A stretch of 62,350 nt of DNA, filler included, from Dehalococcoidia bacterium (GTDB lineage Bacteria; Chloroflexota; Dehalococcoidia; DSTF01; RBG-16-68-14): assembly GCA_040882355.1 (NCBI GenBank). It is 8 parts of 8 records of this genome, joined end to end, with 100 filler letters (N's around TTAATTAATTAA, not from the genome) between each part and the next. Parts side by side here need not be neighbours in the genome. Positions count along the whole stretch, not along the records: positions 9,219 to 17,838 come from JBBEBM010000003.1; positions 17,939 to 23,275 come from JBBEBM010000004.1; 6 more parts are not named here. One strand, given 5' to 3'. The translations under genes and the position numbers were made by a program. Numbering within the stretch: the stretch's first letter is position 1; each line of letters starts with the position of its first letter. Shown here one piece after another: positions 9,237-22,926 of this stretch. The notes beneath the pieces were generated by a model, which was given only the letters and a program-made list of their open reading frames with translations, did not search any database and was not told the origin of the DNA.

Positions 9237-9261
9237 GTAGGGGCGGGTCTCAGACCCGCCC
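9237..9261 (+). repeat. GTAG-type REP palindrome
   Basis: GTAG-GGGCGGGTCT-C-AGACCCGCCC; exact reverse-complement copy at 55380-55404. Confidence 0.8.
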
Positions 9262-9368
9262 GCGACGGACCGGCCGCCCGGTAGACCGCGTTACGCCGGT
9301 CGCCGGGCGAACAACGCGCGGCCTATCGGGCCGGCCATCTGGCCGCCCTGACGAGCCGATGCTCGCCG

Positions 9369-10130
9369 CTACGCGGGTCGCGTGGCGACGAACAACGTCC
9401 GCCTGAACCCGAAGAACACCGGCCGCCCGGGGAAACGCTGGTGCAACCGGCCGCTGTATCGCTCCATGAATGGCTCGTGCAGCTCGTCCGGCAGCCGTTC
9501 GAACACGGGCACCAGCGCCGTGCCCGACATCCAGTCGGCGAGGGCGTCGGCGTCGTCGAGGACGTGCGGGTAGACCTTCTCGAAGACCGAGATGTCGGTC
9601 GCGCCTGCCGCGTAGAGCAGCTCCGCGTAGCGTTCGATGCCGAGCACCGGCCACGCGCGCCGCCGGCCGTCGAGCGCAGCGGCGAACGGCGCCTCCGACG
9701 CCACCTCGTCGATCAGCAGGTGCGTCGGGTGGCCGAAGTTCGACGGCTGCTGCACGGCGAGCCGCCCGCCCGGCGCCACCAGCGAGAGCAGTCGCGGCAC
9801 GAGCGACTCGTGGTCGTCAACCCACTGGATGACGGCGTGCGAGAAGACCAGGTCCCACTCGCCCGCCGCCTCCTGGACGCTGCCCCGTTCGAACCGCAGC
9901 CCCGGCCGCGCGAACGACTCGGCCCGCGCCAGCATCTCCGGCGACGAGTCGACGCCGAGCACGTCGCTCTCGGGCAGCAGGTCCGCCAGGCGCGCCGTCA
10001 ACTCGCCCGTCCCGCACCCGAGGTCGATCACGCGCATACCCGGCCGGACGTCGATCAGCCGCGCCAGGTCATCGAACGGCGCGTACCGCTCCTTCGCGAA
10101 CTGCTCGTAGCGTGCGGGGTTCCAAGGCAT
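9369..10130 (-). CDS. tam: Trans-aconitate 2-methyltransferase-like SAM methyltransferase
   Basis: WNPARYEQF..ER..PF.DL, DLGCGTG, GVDSSPEML, F.FRR.F.VA. Confidence 0.8.
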   Translation of the reverse strand: MPWNPARYEQFAKERYAPFDDLARLIDVRPGMRVIDLGCGTGELTARLADLLPESDVLGVDSSPEMLARAESFARPGLRFERGSVQEAAGEWDLVFSHAVIQWVDDHESLVPRLLSLVAPGGRLAVQQPSNFGHPTHLLIDEVASEAPFAAALDGRRRAWPVLGIERYAELLYAAGATDISVFEKVYPHVLDDADALADWMSGTALVPVFERLPDELHEPFMERYSGRLHQRFPGRPVFFGFRRTLFVATRPA

Positions 10131-10139
10131 GGGCCTGTC

Positions 10140-10889
10140 TCACTCTTCCTTGTGAGCCTGCTCGAACGACAGCTCGAGGATTTCCCACCAGCCTAGATCA
10201 CCAAAGCTCAGGGCATCCCGTCCTGGCGTCCACTCAAAGGCGACTCGCACGGAGAGATCCTCGCCATTTCGCCCAGAGGCTTCCGTGAAGCGAGGATTTC
10301 GAATGGGCGCAGCGGCAAGCCGACCCAGCAGCTCATCCTCTAGCCAATCGCAGAGACTGGCATAGTCTCGCGGTGCAGACTCTGGCAGAAGGTCGGAGCT
10401 CACTAGTTGTGTCACCAAGACACCGAGGGTGGCAACCCAGGATTCCTCGTGTGGTGCCCTTCCAAGTAGGCCGCCGCCGCGCACCGCTCGGTACTTCATG
10501 GTGAGGGCATCGACTACCTCATCAATCGAGAGTTCGCGCAAGTCGAGGTAGCCCATGTCATCAGGGAGGCCAAGCAGAGCCGTGTCGTCAAGGCGGATTG
10601 GCAAGATAAACTCCGCGTCGCGACGCTGCGCCTCGCGATGCGCGATCGACCACTCGAACTGTGGCCAGTCTCGTTCTCGATACTCTCGGGAGACAAGTGG
10701 CACGAAGAACCGTGTGCCAGCACCGTAGATCCTCTCGAACTCGTCATTCAGACGTCGTCCGACTAGGTGGCTTCGATACAACCTATCGTAGAACACCACG
10801 AATCCTTGCTCGGTCAGCTTGCCTGCCAGTTCTGCCGCGAGAGCGCGATCGCCCTGGGCAAACGAGATGGCGAAATCGAACCGCTGCAC
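10140..10889 (-). CDS. TIR domain protein with an unknown C-terminal domain
   Basis: FDFAISFA..DR, VFYD, SREY....WPQFE (catalytic Glu position), ILPIRLDD..L.GL. Confidence 0.85.
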   Translation of the reverse strand: MQRFDFAISFAQGDRALAAELAGKLTEQGFVVFYDRLYRSHLVGRRLNDEFERIYGAGTRFFVPLVSREYRERDWPQFEWSIAHREAQRRDAEFILPIRLDDTALLGLPDDMGYLDLRELSIDEVVDALTMKYRAVRGGGLLGRAPHEESWVATLGVLVTQLVSSDLLPESAPRDYASLCDWLEDELLGRLAAAPIRNPRFTEASGRNGEDLSVRVAFEWTPGRDALSFGDLGWWEILELSFEQAHKEE

Positions 10890-10917
10890 CTTGCGCGCAA
10901 CTCCTGTGCGGCCTCGC

Positions 10918-12056
10918 CTACCCCTCCGCCGGCCACGCCGACATGAAGAGCTGGTCGTAGGCGAGGCCCCAGGGCGGGCGCAGGAAGCCGAGCGCGCGCA
11001 CGTCCTCGTACCAGAAGCCGAAGGGCGACGTGCGGTTGAACGTGCCTCCGCCGATGATCTTGCACAGCCTGCCCATCGCCGACTCCGCCAGCTCCGCGAT
11101 CGCCGTCTTCGCCAGTAGCGCGTTGCGCAGCGGCTCGCGACCCTCCTCGACAGCGCGCAGCATGCCCTCGTAGGCCTGCCCGATCAGCCACGCGTCCAGC
11201 TCGGCGCGCGTCCACTCGACCCGCTCGTACGCGCGCAGCGACTCATGCTTCGGGCCGAGCACCGCCCGCGCCGCCTCCATCGCCGCGTCGACGACGCCGA
11301 CGATCACTGCTGTGAACGAGGCCGCGACGTACGGCCCCGCGCCGGCGAAGATGCGCAGGAGCGTGCCCGGCCAGGCGCTGCGCGTCGCCGGGAACTCCTC
11401 GAACAGCATCGAGTGGCTCTGCGTCGCAGCCATGCCGTGGCCATCCCACTCCGCGAGCAGCTTTATCCCGGTCGACCCGTCCCAGGGCGCGTCCTTCGTC
11501 TCCAGGAAGAAGAGGTCGGGCACGCCGTCGGCCAGCGCGCTCGTGATCATGTACGAGCTGATCCCGCTGCCGCTGCCGAAGTGCTTCTGGCCGCTCACCC
11601 GGTAGCCGTCGCCATCGGGCCGCGCGATCGCCTTCGTCTTGCTCAGGTCGCCGCCGCTGCCCGGCTCCGACGTGATCGTCCCCCACCACGCGCCGTCGAG
11701 CGCCGTCCGCGCGACGTGCGCTCGCTGCGCTTTCCACGCGTCCGCGAACGGCGCTTCGGCCTCCGGCGTCGCGAGCCAGAACACGAGCACCGCCGGGTGC
11801 ATCGACGACACCAGCGCGACCGACGAGTCGCCGCGGGCCAGCGCGCGCAGGATCCCGCAGTACGACCGCGTCGAGCGCGTCACGCTCTCCCACAGCCCGC
11901 CCTGCTCGACGGGCACGCCCGTCAGCAGGAAGCCCGCCTCGCGCAGCCGGTCGAAGTCCGCCGGGTCGAGGTTGCGTCGCTTCTGCCGCTCGCCCCGCGC
12001 CGCCGCGAACTCGTCGGATACCCTGGTGACGTTTTCGAGGACGGTCTGACCGTCCA

Positions 12057-12057
<1 letters not shown>
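10918..12057 (-). CDS. Acyl-CoA dehydrogenase family flavoprotein
   Basis: TITSEPGSGGD, SGQKHFGSG, WDGHGMAATQS, DVRALGF. Confidence 0.85.
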
Positions 12058-14912
<2,855 letters not shown>

Positions 14913-14950
14913 GCGAATCCCTCACGTTGATAGCCCAGGATGGCAGAGGA

Positions 14951-15069
14951 CTGTCATGCTGAGCGCAGCGAAGCATCTTTCATCTCTCGCAGACTGCTCG
15001 TTACCTGCGTGCATTGCAAAGCCCTTCGCGGAGCTGGTCCTGACCGAGCTGACGGACTCAGGGTGACAG
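14951..15069. repeat. Palindromic REP/MITE-like element (family A)
   Basis: Arms CTGTCATGCTGAGCGCAGCGAAGCATCT and ...CCCTTCGC...CTCAGGGTGACAG; related copies near 27579, 31552, 34614, 34732, 36190, 38607. Confidence 0.8.
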
Positions 15070-15125
15070 TTCGGCCCCGATTGCTCGGGGCCGGTTGGCG
15101 CGATGTCTGGCGCGTGCGGCCCCGC

Positions 15126-16288
15126 TCAGCGTACCCGAGCTACTACCTCCCCGTCGATTACGGCGCTGGTGTCGACGACCGGCGCGGCAAGCAGGCGCGC
15201 GCGACGGCGCGACGCCTCTTCCAGCTCTGAGAGCTGGGCGAGCGCCTTGCGCGTGTCGGACGCGACGCGGGCCGGGTCGAGGTCGCGGACGCGGTACTTG
15301 AAGAGCCAGTAGGTGAACTCGCGCAGCTCGCCGAACGATAGCTCGTCGCCCTCCGGCAGCGAGCGTTGCTCGCGGAAGATTGCGAGCAGCTCGTCGCGGT
15401 TGCGCCCGTAGACGCGCTCGAACACGTGCTGCTCGATGTCGTCGCCCTGCGTCCAGACGCGGGAGCGCTGCTCCTTGAGCACCTCTTCCTCCATGGTGAG
15501 CTGCAGCGCCTCCTCGACGATGACGCCGTAGAGGTAGTTGAGGTGCGCGCTGTGCTTCGCGGCGCCGATGCTCTGCTTGAACTCCTCGTCGTCCAGGTCG
15601 CGCGGCGGCCGGCCGAAGAAGAGGAGCGCCTCCTTTTCGTCCGCGGGAATGGCGCCGTCGACGGCTTCGCAGAGGCGCTCCGCCAGCAGGAGCCAGTCGA
15701 ACGCCTCGCCGCCGATCAGGTAGCGGTAGCTGCGGCCGTCGACCTGCTCTTCGGGCGCGTCCCAAACCGCGACGGCTTCGAGCAGCGCGCCGAACCAGTC
15801 GCCGCCTTCGCCCAACGCCTCACGAAACGCGGCGAGCGCTTGACGCTCGCTGCCAAGGAGCGTCGCGTACGCCTCTGACGCGAGGAAGTCGGCCAGCACC
15901 TCGGCATGGCGAAACGCCAGCGACAGCCCTCCCAGCTCGTCCGGATGGAAGAAGCGCAGTTCTTGACCTTCCCCCAGGGTCATCTCGTCGGCTGGCAGCA
16001 CGGTCATGCCATAGAAGAAGTGCGCTGCGCAGGGTGTGCCGTCTTCGTGCGTCTCGTCGTACACGCCGCACGGCAGGATCCGCTCCAACGCCAGGCCGGT
16101 CTCTTCTCGCAGCTCGCGGCGCGCGGTCTGCTCGGGCGTCTCGCCCTTCTCGCCGCCGCCGCCCGTAATCCCCCAGTGGTTGGGGCATGGGATATCCGGC
16201 TTGTCGTCGCGGAGCTGCAGGAGAATCTGGCCCGCCGGGTCGACGACGATGACGCCCGCCGACATGTGCTGTTTGCGCCGGCTCGCCA

Positions 16289-16289
<1 letters not shown>
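15126..16289 (-). CDS. NUDIX hydrolase fused to a helical domain of unknown function
   Basis: Nudix box GGGGEKGETPEQTARRELREETGL; ATG at 16289 overlaps the secA stop (TGATG). Confidence 0.8.
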
Positions 16290-17838
<1,549 letters not shown>

Positions 17839-17938
17839 NNNNNNNNNNNNNNNNNNNNNNNNNNNNNNNNNNNNNNNNNNNNTTAATTAATTAANNNNNN
17901 NNNNNNNNNNNNNNNNNNNNNNNNNNNNNNNNNNNNNN

Positions 17939-19540
17939 CGCCTTTTGCTGCTCGACGAACATCGCCTGCTGCTGCGCGGCGATGACGCGGCGCGTCTGGA
18001 TCTCCATCAGCTCCTGCGGGAGGATAATCTGCGAGATGAGCACGGAGACGCACTCGACGTGGTACTTCTGCAGCTCGTCGCTCGCGCGCTGCTCGGCCTT
18101 CGTCTGCTCCAGCGCGCGGTCCTGCATGAAGTTCATCGCTTCCGTGGACGACGCCTGGTTGCGGAACGAGGAGTCGATCATCGGGTGAATGACGTGATCG
18201 ATCAGGTTCTCGATCGAGCCGATCTTCGCCACCATCAGCGGCGCCTGATCGGGCCGGACGCGGATGATCACCTTCACGCTGACGCGCATCTCGAAGCCGT
18301 CGCGGCTGATGACGGCGAGCGGGTTGAAGAGTTGCGCGCGCTGAATTCCCGCCGGCTGGGCAGCGGTGGCATCGTCTTCACTCTGACCCTCCTCTGCCCA
18401 GTCGATGGTGAGGTTCGTTGTGGGGATGATGTACGCGATGTACGCCCAGCGGTTGAGGTAGTACACGCCGGGCCCGGCGACTTCAGCCTGAATGCCGCGA
18501 AAGCCCGCGGGCACGACGTAGCGTTCCTTCCCTGCCAGCCGCTCTTCCTGGAGCAGGTCCTCCGGCTCCTTCCCGACGTTGGAGACCAGGACCGCCACCT
18601 CGCCTCGTTGAACGATGGCAACGTCGTCGAGCGTAACGTCGAACATGAGCGGGTTGATGTAGTAGGTGCCCGGCTTGAGCAGATCGTACTGGGGGCCGCG
18701 CTGGCCGCCGTTCGCCAGGAATGCCGAGGCGTCCTGGAAGTCGTTGTGGGCGGTTACGCTGATGGCCACCAGTTCGTCGGGCGGCAGGGGAGCGCCGTCC
18801 TTCGCGGTGACGAGCCCGACCTGGTTCGCGCTGACGATAGTCGCCGGCCGGATGTCGACGGTGAAGAGGTCCGTGTTGATCCGGTAGCGGCCCGGCAGGA
18901 CGACATCGATCTGCGGCCCGATCTGCCCGCCGTTGCGGAGGAACGCCTCGCCGTCCTGGAATGCCTGGGAGCCCTCAACCCGCCAGGCGAGTAGCCGGCC
19001 GGGGCTAATCGGGTCGCCGTCGCGCGCGCTCACGACGCCGACTTGCCCTGGCACGATGGTGACGACCGGCTGGTTGCGTATGTTGAAGAGGTAGGTGTTG
19101 ATTCGGTACTTGCCGGGCGGCAGGAAGTCGACCTGCGGCCCCTTCTGGCCGCCGTTGCGCAGGAACGCCTCGCCGTCCTGGCACATGTCGTGGCCTTCGA
19201 CGTGCCGGGCGAAGATGTGCCCTGGCTCGAGCGGACGGCCGTCGATCGCCTCGACGAGGCCGATCTCGTCCTCGCCGATGACGAGCATCTCAACCTTCTG
19301 CACCACGTAGATGAAGGGCACCATGAAATGCAGGCCGGGCTGCAGGACGCGCGCCTGCACGCCGACCTCGTTTCGCATCGCGACCACGCGTCCCTCCGGC
19401 AGCGGCTGGCCGAAGTAGCGCCGTTCCAGAATGCCGACCTGCTGCCCGCCGACCGCGATCAGCATGCCTCCGGCGACGATGAGCAAGAGGATGACCGCGA
19501 GGATCCCGAGGACGATAGCGAGCGCGACGATTCCGGCCAT
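17939..19540 (-). CDS. SPFH/band 7 (flotillin-like) membrane protein with three internal repeats, 3'-truncated
   Basis: N-terminal TM; three copies of A.DG.P.....QD..AFL.NGGQ.GPQ...L.PG.Y.IN; SRDGF...V; FRNQA. Confidence 0.85.
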
Positions 19541-19695
19541 GAGCGAGCGTCCCTTCTTGCGGCAGCCGCCGTCGGCGCCCCTTGCGCCGGCCGACCCGGC
19601 TGGTGTGAGCGAGCACGAGCATAACACGATGCCGCAGCTTCAACAAGGAGGCGCGTCGGTGCGGGCGCTCGCGGCCTATGCTAGCATGCAGTCGA

Positions 19696-19771
19696 GCGGG
19701 AGTAGCTCAGTTGGTAGAGCATCTGCTTCCCAAGCAGAGGGTCGACGGTTCGAGTCCGTTCTCCCGCTCCA
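19696..19771 (+). tRNA. tRNA-Gly (CCC)
   Basis: GCGGGAG acceptor stem, anticodon arm TCTGC-TTCCCAA-GCAGA, GGTTCGAGTCC T-arm, encoded CCA; 76 nt. Confidence 0.97.
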
Positions 19772-19906
19772 GAACCCCCGTTGTTCGTATCTAGAAGCGC
19801 ACGTGTCGCTCGGAGCACACCGCGGTCACCGATAGGCACCGCGGCGCACCGGCCCGGCGCGCCGCGGTTACACACCTCCCACGCGGTAAGGACAGGGCGG
19901 CTATGC

Positions 19907-19947
19907 ATCAATGGCTCTTGACATACCAATGGCACTTGATGTATCAT
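19907..19947 (+). promoter_or_regulatory. Sigma70-type promoter overlapped by two ArsR-type operator palindromes
   Basis: ATCAA-TGGCTC-TTGAC and ACCAA-TGGCAC-TTGAT; -35 TTGACA at 19918; -10 TATCAT at 19942. Confidence 0.65.
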
Positions 19948-20743
19948 GCCGTCGATGGTTAGAGACGCAGCGGCCGTGACGCCCTCCCGATTCGTTCAGC
20001 TCCTGGCTGATGAGCAACGCTGGCGGCTGCTCCAGGAGTTGGCGCGGAGCGATCGTAAGGTCAGCGAGCTAACCGAGCTCCTCGGCAAGCCGCAGAACCT
20101 GTTGTCGTACCACCTGGCTACGCTCCGTGACGCGGGGATCGTATCGGCTCGGCGCAGCTCTGCGGACAGGCGGGATAGCTACTACCGCATGGACCTGCGT
20201 CGCTGCGCCGACTTGCTGTGCGAGGTCGGCCCGGCTCTCGAGCCCGGCCTGCGCGTCGATTGGGTCGTTCCGCGCGCCCCTGAGGGCCGTCGCCCCCGCC
20301 GGAAGCCCAGCGTGCTCTTCCTCTGCACCGGAAACAGCGCTCGCTCTCAAATGGCCGAAGCGCTTCTTGAGCGCCACTCCGGCGGTGCGATCCGCGCGCG
20401 CAGCGCCGGCAGCCATCCGAGGCCGCTCCATCCCAACGCCGTGCGCGTGATGGCCGAACGCGGGATCGACATCTCGACGAACGCGACGAAGCACCTGGAC
20501 CGGTTCAGGCAGATGCGATTCGGCTGGGTCATCACGCTGTGCGACAAGGTGCGGGAGATCTGCCCGGAGTTTCCTGGGGCGGCGCGGACGGCTCACTGGA
20601 GCATGCCCGATCCGGCGTCCGAGGGTGGCAGCAACGAAGCGAGCTACGCCGCATTCGAGCGCACGGCTGAGGAGCTTGAATCGCGGATCCCCTTCTTGAT
20701 CGGTGAGTTGATCGTACACATGGAAAAGGAGACCGCCCGATGA
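19946..20743 (+). CDS. ArsR-family regulator fused to an LMW-PTP-fold arsenate reductase (ArsC); start may be 19955
   Basis: LADEQRWRLL..L...V.EL....QNLLSYHL..L HTH; FLCTGNSARSQMAE; TLCD....CP; HW..PDP. Confidence 0.9.
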   Translation: MPSMVRDAAAVTPSRFVQLLADEQRWRLLQELARSDRKVSELTELLGKPQNLLSYHLATLRDAGIVSARRSSADRRDSYYRMDLRRCADLLCEVGPALEPGLRVDWVVPRAPEGRRPRRKPSVLFLCTGNSARSQMAEALLERHSGGAIRARSAGSHPRPLHPNAVRVMAERGIDISTNATKHLDRFRQMRFGWVITLCDKVREICPEFPGAARTAHWSMPDPASEGGSNEASYAAFERTAEELESRIPFLIGELIVHMEKETAR

Positions 20744-21129
20744 ATCCCAATGACACAGCGAGGGTCCGATACCTGGTCGACGACGTGCAGGCGGCCGTCG
20801 ACTTCTACACCGCACATCTCGGCTTCACGGTGGACATGAATGTCGCGCCCGCCATCGCCCAGGTGACACGTGGTCCGATGCGCCTGTTGCTGTCCGGTCC
20901 AGCTACCTCGGGCACCCGAGCCACCCCCGACGACTTGAAGACGGCCGGGCGAAATCGTATTGAACTGATCGTTGACGATCTGGATGCCGAGATCGAGCGA
21001 CTACGGAGCGGGGGCCTGTCGTTCCGCAGCGAGATAGTGGCCGGCCCGGGCGGACGCCAAATCTTGCTGAGTGATCCGGCTGGGAATCTGATCGAGCTCT
21101 TCCAGCCTGTGGCCAACAGTGCGCCGTGA
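20740..21129 (+). CDS. VOC/glyoxalase family protein
   Basis: VRYLVDDV..AVDFY...LGF; GPGGRQILL.DP.GNLIELF; overlaps the upstream stop. Confidence 0.88.
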   Translation: MNPNDTARVRYLVDDVQAAVDFYTAHLGFTVDMNVAPAIAQVTRGPMRLLLSGPATSGTRATPDDLKTAGRNRIELIVDDLDAEIERLRSGGLSFRSEIVAGPGGRQILLSDPAGNLIELFQPVANSAP

Positions 21130-21173
21130 TCGAGTCCTCATGCAGTGGAATGCAGATAGAGGAGGTTTGTAAC

Positions 21174-21779
21174 GTGGCCGTCTTCGGTATCACTGAGAAG
21201 TTGGCGCGGACGAAGGCCCGTCGCTTCGCCGGGAGCGTCCGACCGGACGTGAGCGCCGACGCCGCACCCGACGGCACCGTGACCATCATGTTCAGCGACA
21301 TCGAAGACTCCACGGAGCTGACGGAGCGGCTGGGCGACAGGGCATGGCAGGAGCTGCTGCGCGAGCACAACGCGCTGATCCGACAGCAACTGAAGAAGCA
21401 CGGCGGCTACGAGGTGAAGACGATGGGCGACGGCTTCATGGTCGCGTTCGAGTGCGCCCGCAAGGGCATCGAGTGCGCCGTCGCGATCCAGCGGGCCTTC
21501 GCAGCGCGCGACGCCGCGAAGGGCGAACACGTGAAAGTGCGTATCGGACTGCACGCGGGCGAGACGATCCGCGAAGGCGACGACTTCTACGGCAAGAACG
21601 TGATCCTGGCGTCACGCGTGGCCGGACAGGCGAAGGGGGGCGAGATCATGGTGTCGTCGATACTCCGTCAGTCCGTCGCAAGCAGCTTGGACGAATCGCT
21701 GTTCGGCGAGCCGCGCGACCTCGAGCTGAAGGGCCTATCGGGCACGCAGCGCGTGTTTGCGGTGGCGTGGAGAGACTGA
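21174..21779 (+). CDS. Stand-alone class III adenylate/guanylate cyclase domain protein
   Basis: FSDIEDST, VKTMGDGFM, RIGLHAGE, DFYG.NVILASR; GTG start after GAGGAGG. Confidence 0.88.
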   Translation: MAVFGITEKLARTKARRFAGSVRPDVSADAAPDGTVTIMFSDIEDSTELTERLGDRAWQELLREHNALIRQQLKKHGGYEVKTMGDGFMVAFECARKGIECAVAIQRAFAARDAAKGEHVKVRIGLHAGETIREGDDFYGKNVILASRVAGQAKGGEIMVSSILRQSVASSLDESLFGEPRDLELKGLSGTQRVFAVAWRD

Positions 21780-21825
21780 ACAGGCCCTGAGCGGTCGATG
21801 GTCGTCGGCGCCGGCGACGTTGCGA

Positions 21826-21848
21826 CGAGTCCCTTCTCCCACTCCAGA
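21826..21848 (+). repeat. attR-like copy of the tRNA-Gly 3' end
   Basis: CGAGTCCCTTCTCCCACTCCAGA versus CGAGTCCGTTCTCCCGCTCCAGA. Confidence 0.8.
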
Positions 21849-21892
21849 TTCGACGTCGGGCGCCGCGATGGAGCACGCGAAGGCGCGTGCGG

Positions 21893-22810
21893 TCACTGCG
21901 GCCCTTCGATCGTGATCGCAATCGCTGCCGCGATCGCGCCAGTTCGCCTGAAGAACATCGATTGAATTCGGTCATCATCAAGTGCAGCAAATGAGGAACC
22001 TTCGCGACACTCGAGCATCTCCAATACAAACCGCTCCAATGGCCAACCCAAACTTTCTACGCCACCAGCAGTCTTAGCCAATAACTTCAGAGAAGGACTC
22101 TCGCCTGACTTCAATGTTGCCAACGTCTTGTGGACCTGGCTCGCGGCTACAATCCTTGTGCCAATCCCCACTTCGTTGATCGTGATGTGTTCGCTCGGAA
22201 CGAAGCGAGTGAGTGGAAGAGCAGGCGGATTGTAGAGTTGATAATAGACTTGAAGCCGACTCTTCCTCTCGTACTGCTTGATCGCCTTGACCTGATTCGA
22301 TGCAGCTAGTAGAGCACCGTATCGACACTCATCATTGAATTCGAACATTGTCTCAGTCGCGATGGATCGAGACCAATCCTCGGGATCGGCGAGACGGGCG
22401 AAACCAGTTTCATAATCCACGAGTGTCTCTTCTGCCACCTTCTGACTGGCGGGATAGAGCCTCTTCGACTGCAAAAGTCCGACTTTGCTTCTCCGCATTT
22501 CGCCTGCGCGTTTCAGGAACACCAAGACTCCAATATCGGCAATCTCCCAGCGGTAAAAGTGACGCATTCCTCCCAAGTAGTGCGCCTGAATCTTGGCGAA
22601 CCACGAATTGCCGAGCGCGATGGGAGACGAATAGCGTGACAAATGTTCGATCCAGGTGAGGTCTAGCGACTCCTCTGGAACGTTGGGGTTGTTAACGAGC
22701 TTCTCGGCAATCCGGGCATTGCACTGCTGAAAGACATGGAGAACCCAGCTGATAACCGCTGGAGGAAGATCTTCGTTACTCACACTACGAGGCTGGGCCT
22801 TCTGGCTCAC
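21893..22810 (-). CDS. Hypothetical protein, putative PD-(D/E)xK-type nuclease
   Basis: 305-aa ORF, visibly more A/T-rich; E..L...EIADIGVLV...K..LLQSKRL motif. Confidence 0.6.
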   Translation of the reverse strand: MSQKAQPRSVSNEDLPPAVISWVLHVFQQCNARIAEKLVNNPNVPEESLDLTWIEHLSRYSSPIALGNSWFAKIQAHYLGGMRHFYRWEIADIGVLVFLKRAGEMRRSKVGLLQSKRLYPASQKVAEETLVDYETGFARLADPEDWSRSIATETMFEFNDECRYGALLAASNQVKAIKQYERKSRLQVYYQLYNPPALPLTRFVPSEHITINEVGIGTRIVAASQVHKTLATLKSGESPSLKLLAKTAGGVESLGWPLERFVLEMLECREGSSFAALDDDRIQSMFFRRTGAIAAAIAITIEGPQ

Positions 22811-22926
22811 GTCGGTTGAAGGAATCGTCTGCGATCGCCCGCTTCATCTTCTCGCCAGCGCCTCCTCCTTTGCTTGCGCCACCTTCATAGCACATCTTGG
22901 TCAAGCAGACAACACCAGCGCGTGGA

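Larger units (their letters stand above)
19772..21848. mobile_element. Small integrase-less genomic island at tRNA-Gly
   Basis: The tRNA 3' end (19751-19773) recurs at 21826-21848 with 21/23 identity. Confidence 0.7.

Noticed and set aside
14913..15125. T-box leader upstream of valS
   Set aside because: No T-box consensus seen; the space is occupied by the family A palindrome
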